A DNA stretch of 64,000 nt from assembly GCA_043228905.1 (NCBI GenBank), contig JBHGNT010000003.1:11470001-11534000 (forward strand), written 5' to 3'. Position numbers and translations under genes: made by a program. Below are positions 38,431 to 52,025 of this stretch, one piece after another. The first letter of the stretch is position 1. Every line of letters starts with the position of its first letter. A model generated the notes under the pieces. It saw only the letters and a program-made list of their open reading frames with translations, made no database searches and had not been told where the DNA came from. Source of the DNA: Azolla caroliniana. Lineage: Eukaryota > Plantae > Polypodiophyta.

Positions 38431-38852
38431 CTCCGATTGCGATAGAATGAAGACGTGTAGAAGTCAAACTCTTGAGGATTATTGCACATAAATCTGTCCA
38501 TGAACCTATGTAAACAGGGTTAAAAGTGGTGGATAGCCTAGTCCCTATAGGTCCTGGTCAACGGGAACTGATAATCAACGACTGACAAACTGGAAAGACT
38601 GTTATAGCTATTGATACCATTCTGAACTAGAAACCAATCAATGCATAGGTGTTATGGGCATGACCATACTTTATCCACATGTATAGAATACTACGGTAAA
38701 TTCTCACCATGGGATATTATATGGTCATGCCCATACCAATCGGTCACCTTTGATAGTTAAAAATTGTTTCACGTGTACGTAGTGATTGGATAAAAACGTT
38801 CAACTGTGCTATAATCACTTAATATTCCCTCGGAAGCTGATGCTTTGGAATA
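38431..38852 (+). pseudogene. atp1: atp1 NUMT exon 2 (continues ~43631-43705 after the copia)
   Basis: SVHEPM*TGLKVVDSLVPIG.GQRELIIND*QTGKT (P-loop). Confidence 0.9.
38650..38738. mobile_element. 89-bp mini-insertion made of two inverted family-A LTR ends
   Basis: 19-bp inverted termini tgttatgggcatgaccata, body matches 3184-3252, TSD atagg/atcgg. Confidence 0.8.
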
Positions 38853-41800
38853 TGTCGGGAAACATGTCCCTCCGGATGGGAAGAGAAGTAACGTGTTGGT
38901 GAGTATCTCGGCCGAAATCAAAATCAAAAACCAAAATCATTTCGGAAGACTATAATTGTAAATAGTCTAAAATACCCTTGTGGGCTATACTTGTAAATAG
39001 CCAGAAAATTGCTTTAGTTTATAAGCAACTAGGGCAAACTTTAGTAAGTGTAGTTGATCATTATTGTAAAGTTAGAACGAGGTAGTTGCCTCTGCAACCG
39101 TGTGTGAGAGAGTCAGAGTGTAACTATGTAGTTGTCTGTCAGACGAAGGAGAACTCAAGGTCGTTGCCTCCGAGTTCTGTATTTGTACTTCCTCTATACT
39201 ATAGTGATCTGTTTTCTTGGGGTTTATGGACCCCCGTGGTTTTTCCCATTTCGGGTTTTCCATGTAAAATATCAGTGTCTCTTTGTCTTCACGTTTTTCT
39301 TCTATGTACTAGCTCTTGGTTTCTACAAACGAATACGAACGAGTAACTGGTTGTGGTCGGTCGATTCCTAACAAAGTGGTATCACAACAATGGAAGACTC
39401 GTTCAGTGACATGTTTAAGCCAACCGGTATCAGGATGGCTCCAGTATGGCGGAGCACATGAATTCCTTCCAAGGATTGATGAACCAAACCACCTCTCTAG
39501 AAGTACCTCTGGCCGACGAAGTATTAGAATTACTATTGTTGGGATCCCTTCGGACAATTGGGAGACGCTCGTTGTTACTTTGGCAATGCCGGGCCGAAAG
39601 GGAAGCATCTATCCCTAGAGCAGGGGAAGTCAAGCTTGCTTAATGAAGAAGCTTGCCGGAAGCACTATGAGTCCAATACCGACCAGAAGCCCTTAGTCAC
39701 GGAAGGTGACACGATTCCGTGAATAGGCCGAAATTGAAGTCCCCAAAACCGAGATAAGTCAGGACTAGGTCGAAGTCCAGGGGGAGACCCATGTGCTTCT
39801 ATTGTGGAAAGCCGGGGCTCATCTAGAAAAACTGCCAACACTATCGAAAGGAGAAAAGGGGAATTGATGGTGTAGAGCCGAAGAATATCCTAGACAAGAA
39901 GAATACCTCAACAATCACCGCGAGTGAGTAGGATTTGTTGCTCAGAAGTGAGCAAAACGAAGTGAATCTCAAAGGCGAAGAATCGATATGGGTGGTCGAT
40001 TCGGGTTCGTCATTTCACCTAACCCCTAACCGAAAGTGTTTGTCATCCTACAGAGTCGGAGATCTTGGATCTATAGAGATGGGAAATGAAGGAGCATGCC
40101 GAATTTTCAGTATTAGAGATGTGTGTTTGGAAACTTCAACCGGGTGCAAACTCGTGTTGAGAGATGTACGACACGTTCTGAAGTTTCGATTGAACATAAT
40201 ATTAGCCGGTTGGCCAGATGATGAAGGCTACACGAGTAGCATCCGAAACGGTGTCATAAAGTTTTGCCGAGGAAGCCTGATCATGGCTGGAGCCCGGAAA
40301 ACCAACACATTGTACATAATGAATGCTTGAATATGCCAAGGGGAAGCAAACATGGCAGCCGATACGATCGGTGAATTGTGGCACAGGAGGTTGTGCCATA
40401 TGAGCCAGAAGGGAATGCAAAAGCTTGCCAAGGACAACCTCATTCCTGAGATGAGGAACGTGCAACTAGAGAAGTGCATGGATTGCTTGGGCGAAAAGCA
40501 AAATTGAAAATCCTTCCAAGCAAGGCCTCTGATGAGGAAGAAAATGTCATTGGAACTCGTGCATACGGACATATGCTATGTGGACACGAAGTCGCATGGT
40601 GGTTCACAGTATTTCGTGACCTTCATTGATGACTGTAGTTGGTAGTTGTGGGCTTCTGTGTGTAAGACGAAGGATCAAGTGTTGTCCGTCTTCAAATAGT
40701 TCCAAGCGAGGGCCAAGAAACCGGCTGAAAACTGAAGGCAGTACGAGCGGACAATGGTGGAGAGTACCGTGGATCGTTCGAGGAATATTGCCGAATAAAA
40801 GGAATCCGGCTCGAGTATACCGTGCCAAAGACGCCAAGGCTAAATGGGTTGGGCAAGAGAATGAACCGGACTGAAGTATGCTTCCACATGCTAAGTTACC
40901 TAAGATGTTCTGGGGTGAGGCATTGATGACGGCAACATACGTGATAAATAGATCACCCTCAGTACCCTTGGACGGTGATATTCCACAAAGAGTGTGGAGT
41001 GGCAAAGACGTATCATACCGACATTTGAGGGTGTTCGGTTGTCTTGCTAATGTGCGTGTGGCGAAGAACCAAAGGGGGAAGTTGGACCCGAAATCTCAAT
41101 GATGCATATTTCTCGGGTACGGCTATGATGAATTTGGCTATCAGCTATGGGACTTAGCCGAGAAGAAAGTGATTAGGAGCTGCGACATTGTCTTCATGGA
41201 GGAAAAGACAATAGTTGACTGGGAGATTGAGAATAAGTCTCCAACTACCGAATCAAACCGAGTGGACGCTCGGCCAAATCTAGTAGAAGCCGATTCGATC
41301 GAAATCGAATCCAAGCTAGTCGGCTGAGTTAATGCTCGGCAAAATTGAAAACTGACTGAAGAACGAGGGGAAACAGCCAAACAAGGAACTAAATTCAAAT
41401 TGGCCGACGAAATTGAAGAAGAACTGACCGTGCCGAATGGAGGCCGAAGATACCCCCAAAGAGAAAGAAGGCCCCCCGAGGATTTCCGGACGAAGAACGT
41501 GTACTTCTAACCGATGAAGGGGAGCCAGAAAGCTTTGAAGAAGCTAAGGAAGATACCCACAACCGAAAGTGGTTGAGTGCCATGCAAGAGGAGATGGATT
41601 ACTTGCATGATAACCACCCATATGAACTGACTGAACTGCCAAGCGGAAAGAAGGCACTTTGGAATAAATGGGTATACAAGTTGAAACCGGGAGGTGGCGG
41701 GAATACACCCAGGTACAAAGCACAAATCATCGTGAAAGGATTTCAGCAAAAGAAGGGTGTCGACTTCGACAAAAAATTTGCCCCAATCGTAAAGATGACA

Positions 41801-43625
41801 TCAATCCGAATGTGCGGAGCAATGTGGCCAGCATGGATCTTGAAGTCGAGCAATTGGATGTCAAGACGGTGTTTCTGCACGGTGATCTCGAAGAGGAGAT
41901 CTATATGCACCAACTGGAAGGATTTGTGGAGAAAGGTAAAGAGAACCTGGTATGCCGATTAAGGAAGAGCTTGTATGGGTTGAAGCAAGCACCTCGACAA
42001 TGGTACCGAAAATTCAAATCCTTCATGAACGACAACATGTACCACAAAACGCAGGCCGATCACTGTGTATTTCTGAAGAATTTCGGCGGAGGAGATTTCC
42101 TCACCCTCCTGTTGTATGTGGATGACATGCTGATTGTCGGACGGAACCATACGAAGATCTCAGTGCTGAAAAAGGCGTTGAGGATATCGTTCTTGATGAA
42201 GGATATGGGTTCGACAAAGCAAATCCTAGGAATGCACATTGTTCGGGATCGAACAAAGAAACTATTGTGGTTGTCACAAGACAAACACGTGACAAATGTG
42301 CTCCAAAGATTCGACATGGAAAGCACGAAACCAGTGGACTCAACACTGCCGACAAACTCCAAGCTAGGCAAAGAACAATGTCCGAAATCGAAAACCTAGA
42401 AGGTCGAGATGTCAAAAGTTCTTTATGCCTCAATAGTCGGAAGCATGTTGTACATGATGGTATGTACCAGGCCGGACATACGATACGCAGTCAGCGTGGT
42501 TAGCCGATATATGAGCAATCCCGGAAGAGAGCATTGGGTTTCCGTGAAGTGGATACTTCGGTACCTAAAAGGCATCTCGAACGTGTGTCTTCATTTCGGT
42601 TCGGGTAACCCCACACTGGAAGGTTATATTGACTCGGACATGTCGGCTGATGTAGATACCAGCCGATCCACGTCCGGGTACGTAATGACTTATGCAAGGT
42701 GAGTTGTTTCGTGGCAGTCAAAGTTGAAGAAGGTCATGGCGCTGTTGACCACGAAAGTTGAATATATGGTCGTAGTAGAATCCGGCAAGGAAATCATATG
42801 GATGAGGGAGTTTATCGGTGAGCTGGGAATTCGGTAGGAGGAATTCCAACTTCATTGCGATAAGCACCTTGCAAAAAATGCCGCCTACCACTCGAGGAAC
42901 AAACATATCCAAAGAAGCTATCATTGGCTTCGAGACTGAGTAGAAGAAAAGGAGTTGTCTCTAGTGAAGTTCCACACGGCTGAAAATGGATCAGATATGT
43001 TGACGAAGGTGCTGTCAGCCGAAAAGCTAAACGTGTGCCGACAAAGAGCCGGTTTGGTGAAATACCCCATGCCGGAGTGAAGGGGGAATTTTATGGGAAA
43101 CATGTCCCTCCGGATGGGAAGAGAAGTACTGTGTTGGTGAGTATCTCAAAGCTGAAATCAAAATCAAAATCAAAATTAAAAACCGTAATCGTTTCAGGAG
43201 ACTATAATTGTAAATAGTCTAAAATGCCCTTGTGGGCTATACTTGTAAATAGCCAGAAAGTTGCTTTTGTTTATAAGCAACTAGGCCAAACTTTAGTAAG
43301 TGTAGTTGATCATTATTGTAAAGTTAGAACAAGGTAGTTGCCTCTGCAACCATGAGTGAGAGAGTGAGAGTGTAACTCTATAGCCGTCTGTCTAACGATG
43401 GATGACCCGTTTTCGTTGCCTCTGAGTTACGTATTTGTGCTTCCTCTCTACTATAGTGATAGGTTTTCTTGGGGTTTGTGGACCCCTGTGGTTTTTCCCA
43501 TTTCGGATTTTCCACGTAAAATGTCGGTGTCTCAATCTATTCACGTTTTTCGTCTCTGTACTAGCTCTTGGTTTCTGCACACGAAAACCAATGAGTAACC
43601 GATTGTGGCTGGTCGATTTCTAAAA
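38853..43625 (+). mobile_element. Degenerate near full-length Ty1/copia
   Basis: LTRs 38853-39373 and 43091-43625, TSD GAATA, PBS 39377, PPT ~43079-43089, order gag-PR-INT-RT(YVDD)-RH with many stops. Confidence 0.95.
41573..43079 (+). pseudogene. Copia RT-RNase H
   Basis: QLDVKTVFLHG, LRKSLYGLKQAPRQW, LLLYVDDML. Confidence 0.9.
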
Positions 43626-44987
43626 GAATATCTCAGTATTGTTGTAGTCACAATTTCGGATTTTGCTCTCCTGTAATTCCCGGTGTCGCAAAGTTTCGTG
43701 TGCATGTGTCACTTGAACAGGACCGTCGGGGCCTTGGACCGGGAAGACACAAGGGGTGAGGAGGTGGGAGATTTGCCACAACAATTAGCAAATGTTTAAG
43801 GAGAATAGGCACGAGGTTAGGGAGAAATGTAGACAAAAATATCCAAGAGTTATGTTGCAAAAATTAGGGTTTGTACAACGGTTAGGTTAGATACCACGAT
43901 TTAAGTGATTCTTTTACATAGAAATAGTTTCATCATTATTCAAAAACAGCTAATCAACACACAAGGGGCTGAAAATAATCCAATGAAGGCGAGTCTAGTG
44001 GGCTCCGAGCTCAACTACTTCCGACGGCTATGTTGCCTCGATTCGGAGTAGATCTCGTGCCACTACAACCTCCCTTCTGTAACCGGCCACTGAGTTGACC
44101 ACCATCGAGATGTTGAAGAAGTCATCGTATAAGGAACCCTAACCCTAACCCTAACCCTAACTCACAAGTAGATGCAAAACTCACAACCCTAAAACTCATA
44201 AGAAAGAAGAACCTTACACGCTCATAAGGAACATAAAAACCCTAAACCTCGGGTTCTCTAATATGTTGAGGAGAAAGATAGAAAAGTAGAAAGAAGAAGG
44301 TCTAAAACCCTAACCCTACAAGAAAAAGAAGAAGGAAAAAGGGATAAGGAGAAAGGGAGGTTATGAAACCCTAACCCAAGAAGAAGATGAGAAGATGATG
44401 AAACCCTAGTGGTACACCCCTAAGGCAAAATGGGTGACCCATAATAAGCCCTATCCCTCCTCTCTTATAGAGGAAAGAGGAGCTTATTTTAACATAACCT
44501 GCTTTTTCTTTTATTTTCCTTTCACAAAATTGGAAGGGGAGCAAAACACTCCTTAATTTGTAGGAAGAAAGACTCAAACTCTACACATCTCTACGTATAG
44601 TTATACGCCTTAACCACCAAGTTACTTATTATTTTTATTTTTATTTTATGTATTACTTCATGACATGTGCGTGGAACCTTGCTTTTTCTCACACTACACA
44701 TGCCACACCACGACACTGGCACTACATCTTGGTCGTGCTACGGGAGAGTCTTCTAGAGATCATGGAATGCACGTATGAATCATCTATGATGATCCTAGTA
44801 AGTAATCAGTGGCATATTGATAAATGTCATTATCTCCACGTTGACTACTAGGTTGTGAAGTTTCCCTCGCAGATGTCTTCTATTCATATCTCTGTTCATT
44901 GGAAAGAGCCGCCAAAAGGTTAGAGTAGACTGCTATCGATAGCTCGATTGCTTCACTTGTCATTGAAATATAAGCTGGAGACATTTC

Positions 44988-47900
44988 TATTAGAGATATG
45001 CCCTAATGTAAGCATATGATAAGGATAAAAGATAAATAGATAGAAAGGAGAGAGAAAGAAGGGTATCGATCCACTCAACCACCCCCGAGCGAAGGGATCA
45101 ATATGGACTCGAGCTTCGATCAGCGTCCCATACCACTGTTGTGGCGTTGAGTCATACCTGTTGTTGACACGCTTGCTACAAGAGTTGGCCCACCATGAAA
45201 CAGAGTCTTGACGTAGTCAAGATATGGTTAAATGAGGGTAGTTAGGCCTCATATTTATAGTGATACCCAAGGTCCCCTACCAAGTTCACACTTTAATGGG
45301 TTGTCTCCATCCCGAGGATTAAAAGTAATCCTCCCCGTCGTTATACTCTCGTTTAACCCTCACACTTATCCACGTGTATAGAATACTACGGTAAATTCTC
45401 ACCACAGGATATTATATGGTCATGCTCGTAACATACTCCCCCCCCTCTTTAAAACATTGCACTCTTGCAATGGAAAGTTAGGGAAGTTAGTTCTAAGAGT
45501 ATTTTTACGTTCCCATGTGGCATCTTTGATAGATTTATCCATCCATTTAATTTTAAATTTTCAGATTATTTTAGTACGCTGATTTTTTGTTTTAACATCA
45601 AGAATTTTTTCTGGTACATGTGGTTTAGAAGATAATTCTTCAGAAGTAACCAGTGTTTCAGTTGTAACTGTATTGTCGCCGAAACCTAGGAGTTCTTTTA
45701 AGTGACTTATGACTTACATGAAAAACGGAATGAATTTCAACGCCATCGGGAAGAGCGAGACGATAGGCTGATGAGCCAATGCGTTTGAGGACTTGAAAAT
45801 GTCCACAAAAGTGTGGGGCTAACAATGTCTTAGAATTGTGAGGTACACGTAAAAATATCTTTTGTCCAAGCTTTGCGTACTTCGCAACTCATCATGATGT
45901 ATATTAACATCAATCGGGGCTCGTGGCTGAAAATCATACATCAACATAAAAGGACTATATCATGGCCCTATAGAGGGTGCATCATGGCATTCAAAAAGAA
46001 TTCTCTTTTTGACCTTAGGAAAATCTGGATCACAAATCTTCCCATTACGGTAGAGCAGACCGTTAGCAATATGGAAGGATTCCTTCGAGGATGTGGTGGT
46101 GTTCGTTCCAGACTAAATTCTTGTCTAGTATTTCACAAAATAACTGTCATCAGGATACTTTCCTCGAAGATGATCATAAAGATCTGATGTTATTTCAGTA
46201 ACGCTAAGCATGTTAAATTCACGGATGCGACTCAATGCATTACCGAAAATGTTCATGGAATCTTTAGGATATCGTATGGAAAAATCAAAGTCCTGGATGA
46301 GATTAGCCCATCGTGCCTTACAACCTTTCAGGTCTTGTTGGTCACAAAAATATTTTAAGGACTTGTGGTCCGTAGTTACCACAAAACGATTTCCATAAAG
46401 ATAATGGCACCATGTTTTGAGCGCATGTATAACTGCAAATATCTCCTTTTCTTGAATGGTATATCGACATTCAACAAAATCAAGTTTCTTACTCTCGAAT
46501 GATATTGGTTTACCATCTTGATATAAGACAACACCTATAGCATAGTTGCTTGCATTGGTTTCAACCTCAAAAGGTTTTGAAGGATCAGGTAAAGGAAGCG
46601 AAGGAGCCTTGCACACCAGGTCCTTGAGTTCCTTAAAGGTGAGGTCTAGTGTAGCATTCCACACAATAGGTTTTGTAGACTCACACGTTTGACCTTTTAG
46701 AAGATCAGTAAACGGCTTTGCCAATTGGGAGTAATTACAAAGGGATTTTCACGAAAAACCCGAGAAAACCAAGGAATGATTGAACTTTTCGAATATTCCG
46801 AAGAGTGGGCCAAAGTTAGATTTTCTTGATGCGAGAAGGATCAATTTCAACTCCTCGTTCGGTTATGAGATGTCCAAGATAAGTAATTGATTTCTTGAAG
46901 AACTCGCATTTTGAGATCTTCGCGTAGAATTGCTTGTCGCGCAATGTTTGTAAAACAAAGTGGACATGTTTAGCATGTTCTTCTAATGTACGACTATAAA
47001 CTAGAATATCAAGAAAATAACGACAAATTTTCCAAGTTGTTCTCGGAAAATGTCATTCATTTCTTGTTGAAATGTGGCTGGAGCATTGGTCAAATCAAAA
47101 GGCAGGACCAAAAACTCATAATGGCCATAACACGTACGAAATGCCGTTTTAGTAACATCGTCCTCACTTATACGAATTTGATGGTAGCCCGTACGGAGAT
47201 CAAGTTTCATAAAATATTGAGCTCCATGGAGATGGTCAATTAGATCGTCAGCTCGGGGCAATGGATATGAATTCTTTATCGTCACGTTATTCAAGCATCG
47301 GTAATTAATACACATACGCCATGTGCCCTCTTTCTATTTTACCAAGAGAATAGGTGCACCACATGGAGATTTACTATAACGTATATAACCCATTCGTAAA
47401 TAGTCCTTGAGTTGCTTAGATACCTCATCCTCTTCAGATCGACTTAAGCAATAACGAGGTATACTTATTGGTGCAACGCCAATTACCATATCTATACGAT
47501 GGTCTATATTACATTTAGGAGGTAACCCATGTGGTAGATCACTCAGAACAACATCATGAAAATCATTTAAGATTTTATCGAGTTGTTGTTGTTCAAAATA
47601 TGTCAATTGACCCGAGACGTTATCAATATTATAAAATTGAATGTTCGGATCAAGTACACAATAAAATAAAGAAGAACACGACAACTCAGATATTGATGGA
47701 GAGGAAACAATCGAAAGGGATTGTTTATTTACACATTGAATAAAATGAGTACAATCGTTTAGTACAAAGGAAATGGAATGACGAACCCAATCAATAGACA
47801 AAGAAGAGTTTTTATTTTAAAACCAGGGATAACCCAATATTACATCAGTGGTACAAAGATTCATTGCATGGAAGTCTACTTCCTCTACATAAGTATCAAT

Positions 47901-50223
47901 AGAAATTCCTAATGAATGAATCTCCCCGTTGATGTATTGTACTCTTTCATCAGCCAAGTGCACCTTATAGGTGTGATCACTTACGGTGGGTTGGATTCCC
48001 CATATCTGAACCAAATGATCATTAACAAAATTGTGTGAGCTTCCCGAATCCAATAAAAATTGTATATGCGAGATCCATTGACATACCCGTTTGCACATAG
48101 TAAATCATTGGGTCCCAATACATAGTGAGGGAAAGAACATTGACAATTACTTAAATGATGTGTATAGACCTCAAGGACATTTGGAATTTGACCTTTAAGG
48201 CCTGTAACTTTTGCTTTGTTGGCGTGCTCTTTCCGATGGAGCTTTCGATGTTGTTCTTTTGTATGATCCTTCTTTTTGTAGAATACGCAAAAAGGATGTT
48301 GTCGCTTACAATCGCGATCCATGAATTCGTTGGGTGTCTTGCGTTTCCCAGCGAATTGCGACTGCTTAGTCCTAGGTGCTTCGTTGGGTTTCTTATGGTC
48401 CTTCTTCGAAGTGTGTTGATAGCGAAGAACTATTTCAACGGCCTCTTCGAAGGATTTTGGATCCTTATCATGCATTATCCAGTCATAGTCTGAATTGGGG
48501 ATGCCATTGGGGTTCATTAAAGCTTCTGTTGCCTCGGTTCGAGAGGGAGGTTGCAGAAATTGGCCCTTAAAAATTGTGACAAAATCTGTCCAAGTATCGG
48601 GCAAATTCCCCAAAGTTCGAAGCCCACACCACCAGGCGGTGGCCTTAGCCCCTAGTTCTCGGCTGACATATGCAATCTTCATACTATCTGGCGTGGGATA
48701 GAGCTGAAAATGAGACTCCCATTGGCCCAGGCACGTGAAAATTGCTTCTTTGGTTCTTTCCTTCTTTTCTCCCGTAAATGGCTTTACGACAAATGATGGT
48801 TCACCATGATGCTCATCGGGTCTATTAGTGTCACGTTGTAAACTAATGACACGTGCCTCGAGAGCACTTTGAGATTGCCGAAGTTCAGACATTTGATGAG
48901 CGGTTGAACTAAGGAAATTTTGTATTTGTAAGAAATACGACTCAATGGAGATTGCTCCAGGAAGATTTTCTTGAGGTCCTTCCGCTTGAACGGATGACAG
49001 CGGGTCGTTATTCTGAGCCATTGAATGATTATTTCTAGCAAAGAAATAGGATAAGGCCAGACAAATAGTCATAAGATCAAGTTGTGATGTAAACATATCA
49101 TGGGCCAACATTAATAGATATCATGATCTCACGTCAATACCCCTCTAGACGTATGAGATTAGGTTCAAGATCAGGTTACTATGGTAAAACAAAGGCATTT
49201 AAAAAACCATGGGGGTGACAAATGAATGTCTTTCCCTGATCTCTATATCGATTTTTTATGGAGGCTCCCCGAGGCTCAACCATGTATGTTCGCGTCATGA
49301 ATAGTTTATACAAGAAAAAAATGTTAACAATAAGCTATGTTTCTATGCCCATGTATATGGTTTCAGCTCTTTAAGATCAGATTACTATGGTAACACAAAG
49401 GTATTTTAAAAACCATGGGGATGACAAATGAATGTCTTGCCCTGATCTCTATATCGATTTTTTATGGAGGCTCCCCGAGGCTCAACCATGTATGTTCGCG
49501 TCATGAATAGTTTATACACGAAAAAAATGTTAACAATAAGCTATGTTTCTATGCCCATGTATATGGTTTCAGCTCTTTAAGTCCTATTACGAGGACCCCG
49601 AAGTGCACTTAGACCTAAAGTCTAAACATGTATTATAGTCATATGTATCAACAATGTTGTTCAGTCTTGGTCACATTTGAACTCAAGACCTTGAGAACAA
49701 ATGCATTAAACACTTGAGCTAACCAAATAGGTTGCTCGTGTTGAATATTTAATGTTTTATGCGTACAAGAGATATGCGAGGCATTTTCCCACATATGTTT
49801 TTTTAAAAGAAGCACATACACATATGTAAACGTTTTATACAACCAATTAATTACCACTACAACATCATTGAATCAATGAAAAAAAAAATCATATTGACCA
49901 TATACATGATTAGATGGGAGAAGAAAAAATACAAAAGAAAACAAGAAAGAGTTACCGAAGTTCCTTTGTTGATCGCTATCTGGATCAAGGTCAACCGCAT
50001 GTCAATCGATCACCATCCATCAAGGAGACAGAAAAAAATAAAGGAAATATTAGAAACATAAGCTCGGATACCAACTATTAGAGATATGCCCTAATGTAAG
50101 CATATGATAAGGATAAAAGATAGATAGATAGAAAGGAGAGAGAGAAAGAAGGGTGTCGATCGACCCAACCACCCCCGACAAAGGGATCGAGACGGACTCG
50201 AGCCTTGATCGGCGTCCCATACC
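44988..50223 (-). mobile_element. Degenerate Ty3/gypsy chromovirus (family A), integrase largely deleted, 5' LTR truncated
   Basis: 3' LTR 44988-45433, PPT 45434-45453, chromodomain ~45480-45630 (PEKILDVK..KIKW..DATWE), RH 46125-46724, RT ~46760-47480, PR LLDSGS, gag to 49021, PBS ~50061-50073, 5' LTR from 50076. Confidence 0.9.
47981..49021 (-). pseudogene. Gag of the family A element
   Basis: Capsid-like KATAWW..LPDTWTDFV..FKGQF and a degenerate zinc knuckle. Confidence 0.8.
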
Positions 50224-51375
50224 TAGTTGATGAACAACTATGGATAATACGACAGAAGTTGCTTGCTTGCGGAATCCATCTTCCTCCACGTCTCTTTTGG
50301 CACTTGCACATTTGCTATGTTGTTGAACACCCTCAAGTGTCCCAAATTCGGTGTCCGCCCGAAATAAAGCTCATGTGGTGACACTTTGCCTCTGGTTGCA
50401 GATGTCTGATTCTGAAGGTACACAATCATGTTGACAGCTTCTGCCCAGTTAAACTTGGGCATGCTCTTCTCTTCGAGCATAGTCCTGGCAACCTCTTCGA
50501 TGGTCCGGTTCTTTCTCTTAGCCACACCTTTTTGCTCCGGCGTGTATCTACAGCAGAATTTGCATTGAATTCCCCCTTCTGTAGATAACTAGAGAACTAG
50601 TTGGAAAAGTACTCCTTTCCACCATCGTACCTTAGGTGCTTGATTTTTTTGTCCGTCTCCCATTCGGCGGGGCTTTTCACCTTCAAGAAGCAGGAGAGAA
50701 CTTTGCTTCTCTTCTCAATCAACCACGCCCAAGTGTGCAGAGTGTAGTGATCGATGAAGGTTACGAAGTAACATCTCGCATCGATGCTCACATTCTGTGG
50801 CAGTCCCCAAACGTCCATATGGATCAAATCGAGCTTGTTTCAGGTCCGATTTTGCTGATTCAGGAATGGAAACCGGTGCTGCTTCCCGAGTTTACAAGAT
50901 TCACATAATTGGCTCTTTCAACCACTAAACTTCGGCAAGCCGAACACCAAGTGTTTCGACTACATCTCCTGAAGCTTTGGGAAGTTGATGTGGGTGATCC
51001 ATTTGTACCACAGGTCAATATCTGATTCAACCTTTTGCCCTTTCGCGAACATAGTAGTGCCGACATTGTTTGTCTCAAGGATAAAAATGATCCCATCTCT
51101 ATGTCCTTGCGTAATGATCTGGCCTTCTTCTTTGATGACGCACCCGAGATGAGTGAACCGAAACTACATCCTTTGATCGACGATCTAGCCTACCGACACC
51201 AGGTTCTTGGTGATCATCGGGACGTGTAGGATGTTCCTCATTAGTCCTCTCTAGCCAACATGGCTAAGAGGGAGATCTCCGAAGTTCTTGATGAGGTGAA
51301 GGGTGTTGTCGCCGGTTCTGATGACCCCCCAGATGTTTCAACTTCTCGAGATAGGAGAACCATTGTTTCGACCCC
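50224..51375 (-). mobile_element. Copia integrase-region fragment
   Basis: IHMDVWG, YFVTFID, LRYDGGKEY, RKNRTIEE.AR.ML. Confidence 0.85.
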
Positions 51376-52011
51376 CGTCATATTACACATTTGTAGGAGT
51401 AACTTCCCAAATTGGTCCGGATCTTTTTCATCGCTAGAAGAGTGGCAATACATTTTCATATCCTCTTGCATCCTTGAGATATGTGGCATGAAAGATTCGT
51501 TTGAAACAAGTTGGACACTTCTTGTACGAGCATTCATGTCACCAAAGACAATAACTTCCCCTTTGGATTTGAAATAAGCAGTATCATCTTCTAGATTGGC
51601 AAAAGGTTGATCTTTATCCAAACAAGCATAAAAGTTAAAATCTTGATGAGAAATGTAACATCCAACCACAAAAGTTGGCAAATCATTAGTTGTTTCTATT
51701 TTAATCCATATATAGCATTTATGTTCATCATTTTTTACGATTGACACATATTTCTCTATTTCCTTCTTAATCAAACATGCCACCCCTCCTTGTCCTCTTC
51801 TTTGTCTTGGATTTTTCTCCCATATCAAAGAGTGTACATTATAGTTTCCTAAACCTTGAATCCTTTGAGTATCATGCTCCCATGCTTCAACAAGAAGTAT
51901 AATATCCGAGTCATCGGTGAACTCCTCTATGCCACATCCCGCATTCCATGGGTATCCATTGCAATTCCAAAAGCATAGTCCTAAAAGACGTGGGTTAGTC
52001 TCATAGGTCAC
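51376..52011 (-). pseudogene. LINE ORF2 apurinic-like endonuclease, truncated
   Basis: WNCNG, LLVEAW, GGVACLIK, VFGDMNAR motifs. Confidence 0.85.
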
Positions 52012-52025
52012 GTGTCCCTATTTGC

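Noticed and set aside
44135-44160. (CCCTAA)4 telomere-like tract
   Set aside because: Short and embedded among aaaccct motifs in LTR-like sequence; no evidence of a chromosome end or fusion.
51241-52011. 256-aa ORF as a novel endonuclease fusion
   Set aside because: The C-terminal ~45 aa are read-through across the junction into a copia fragment.
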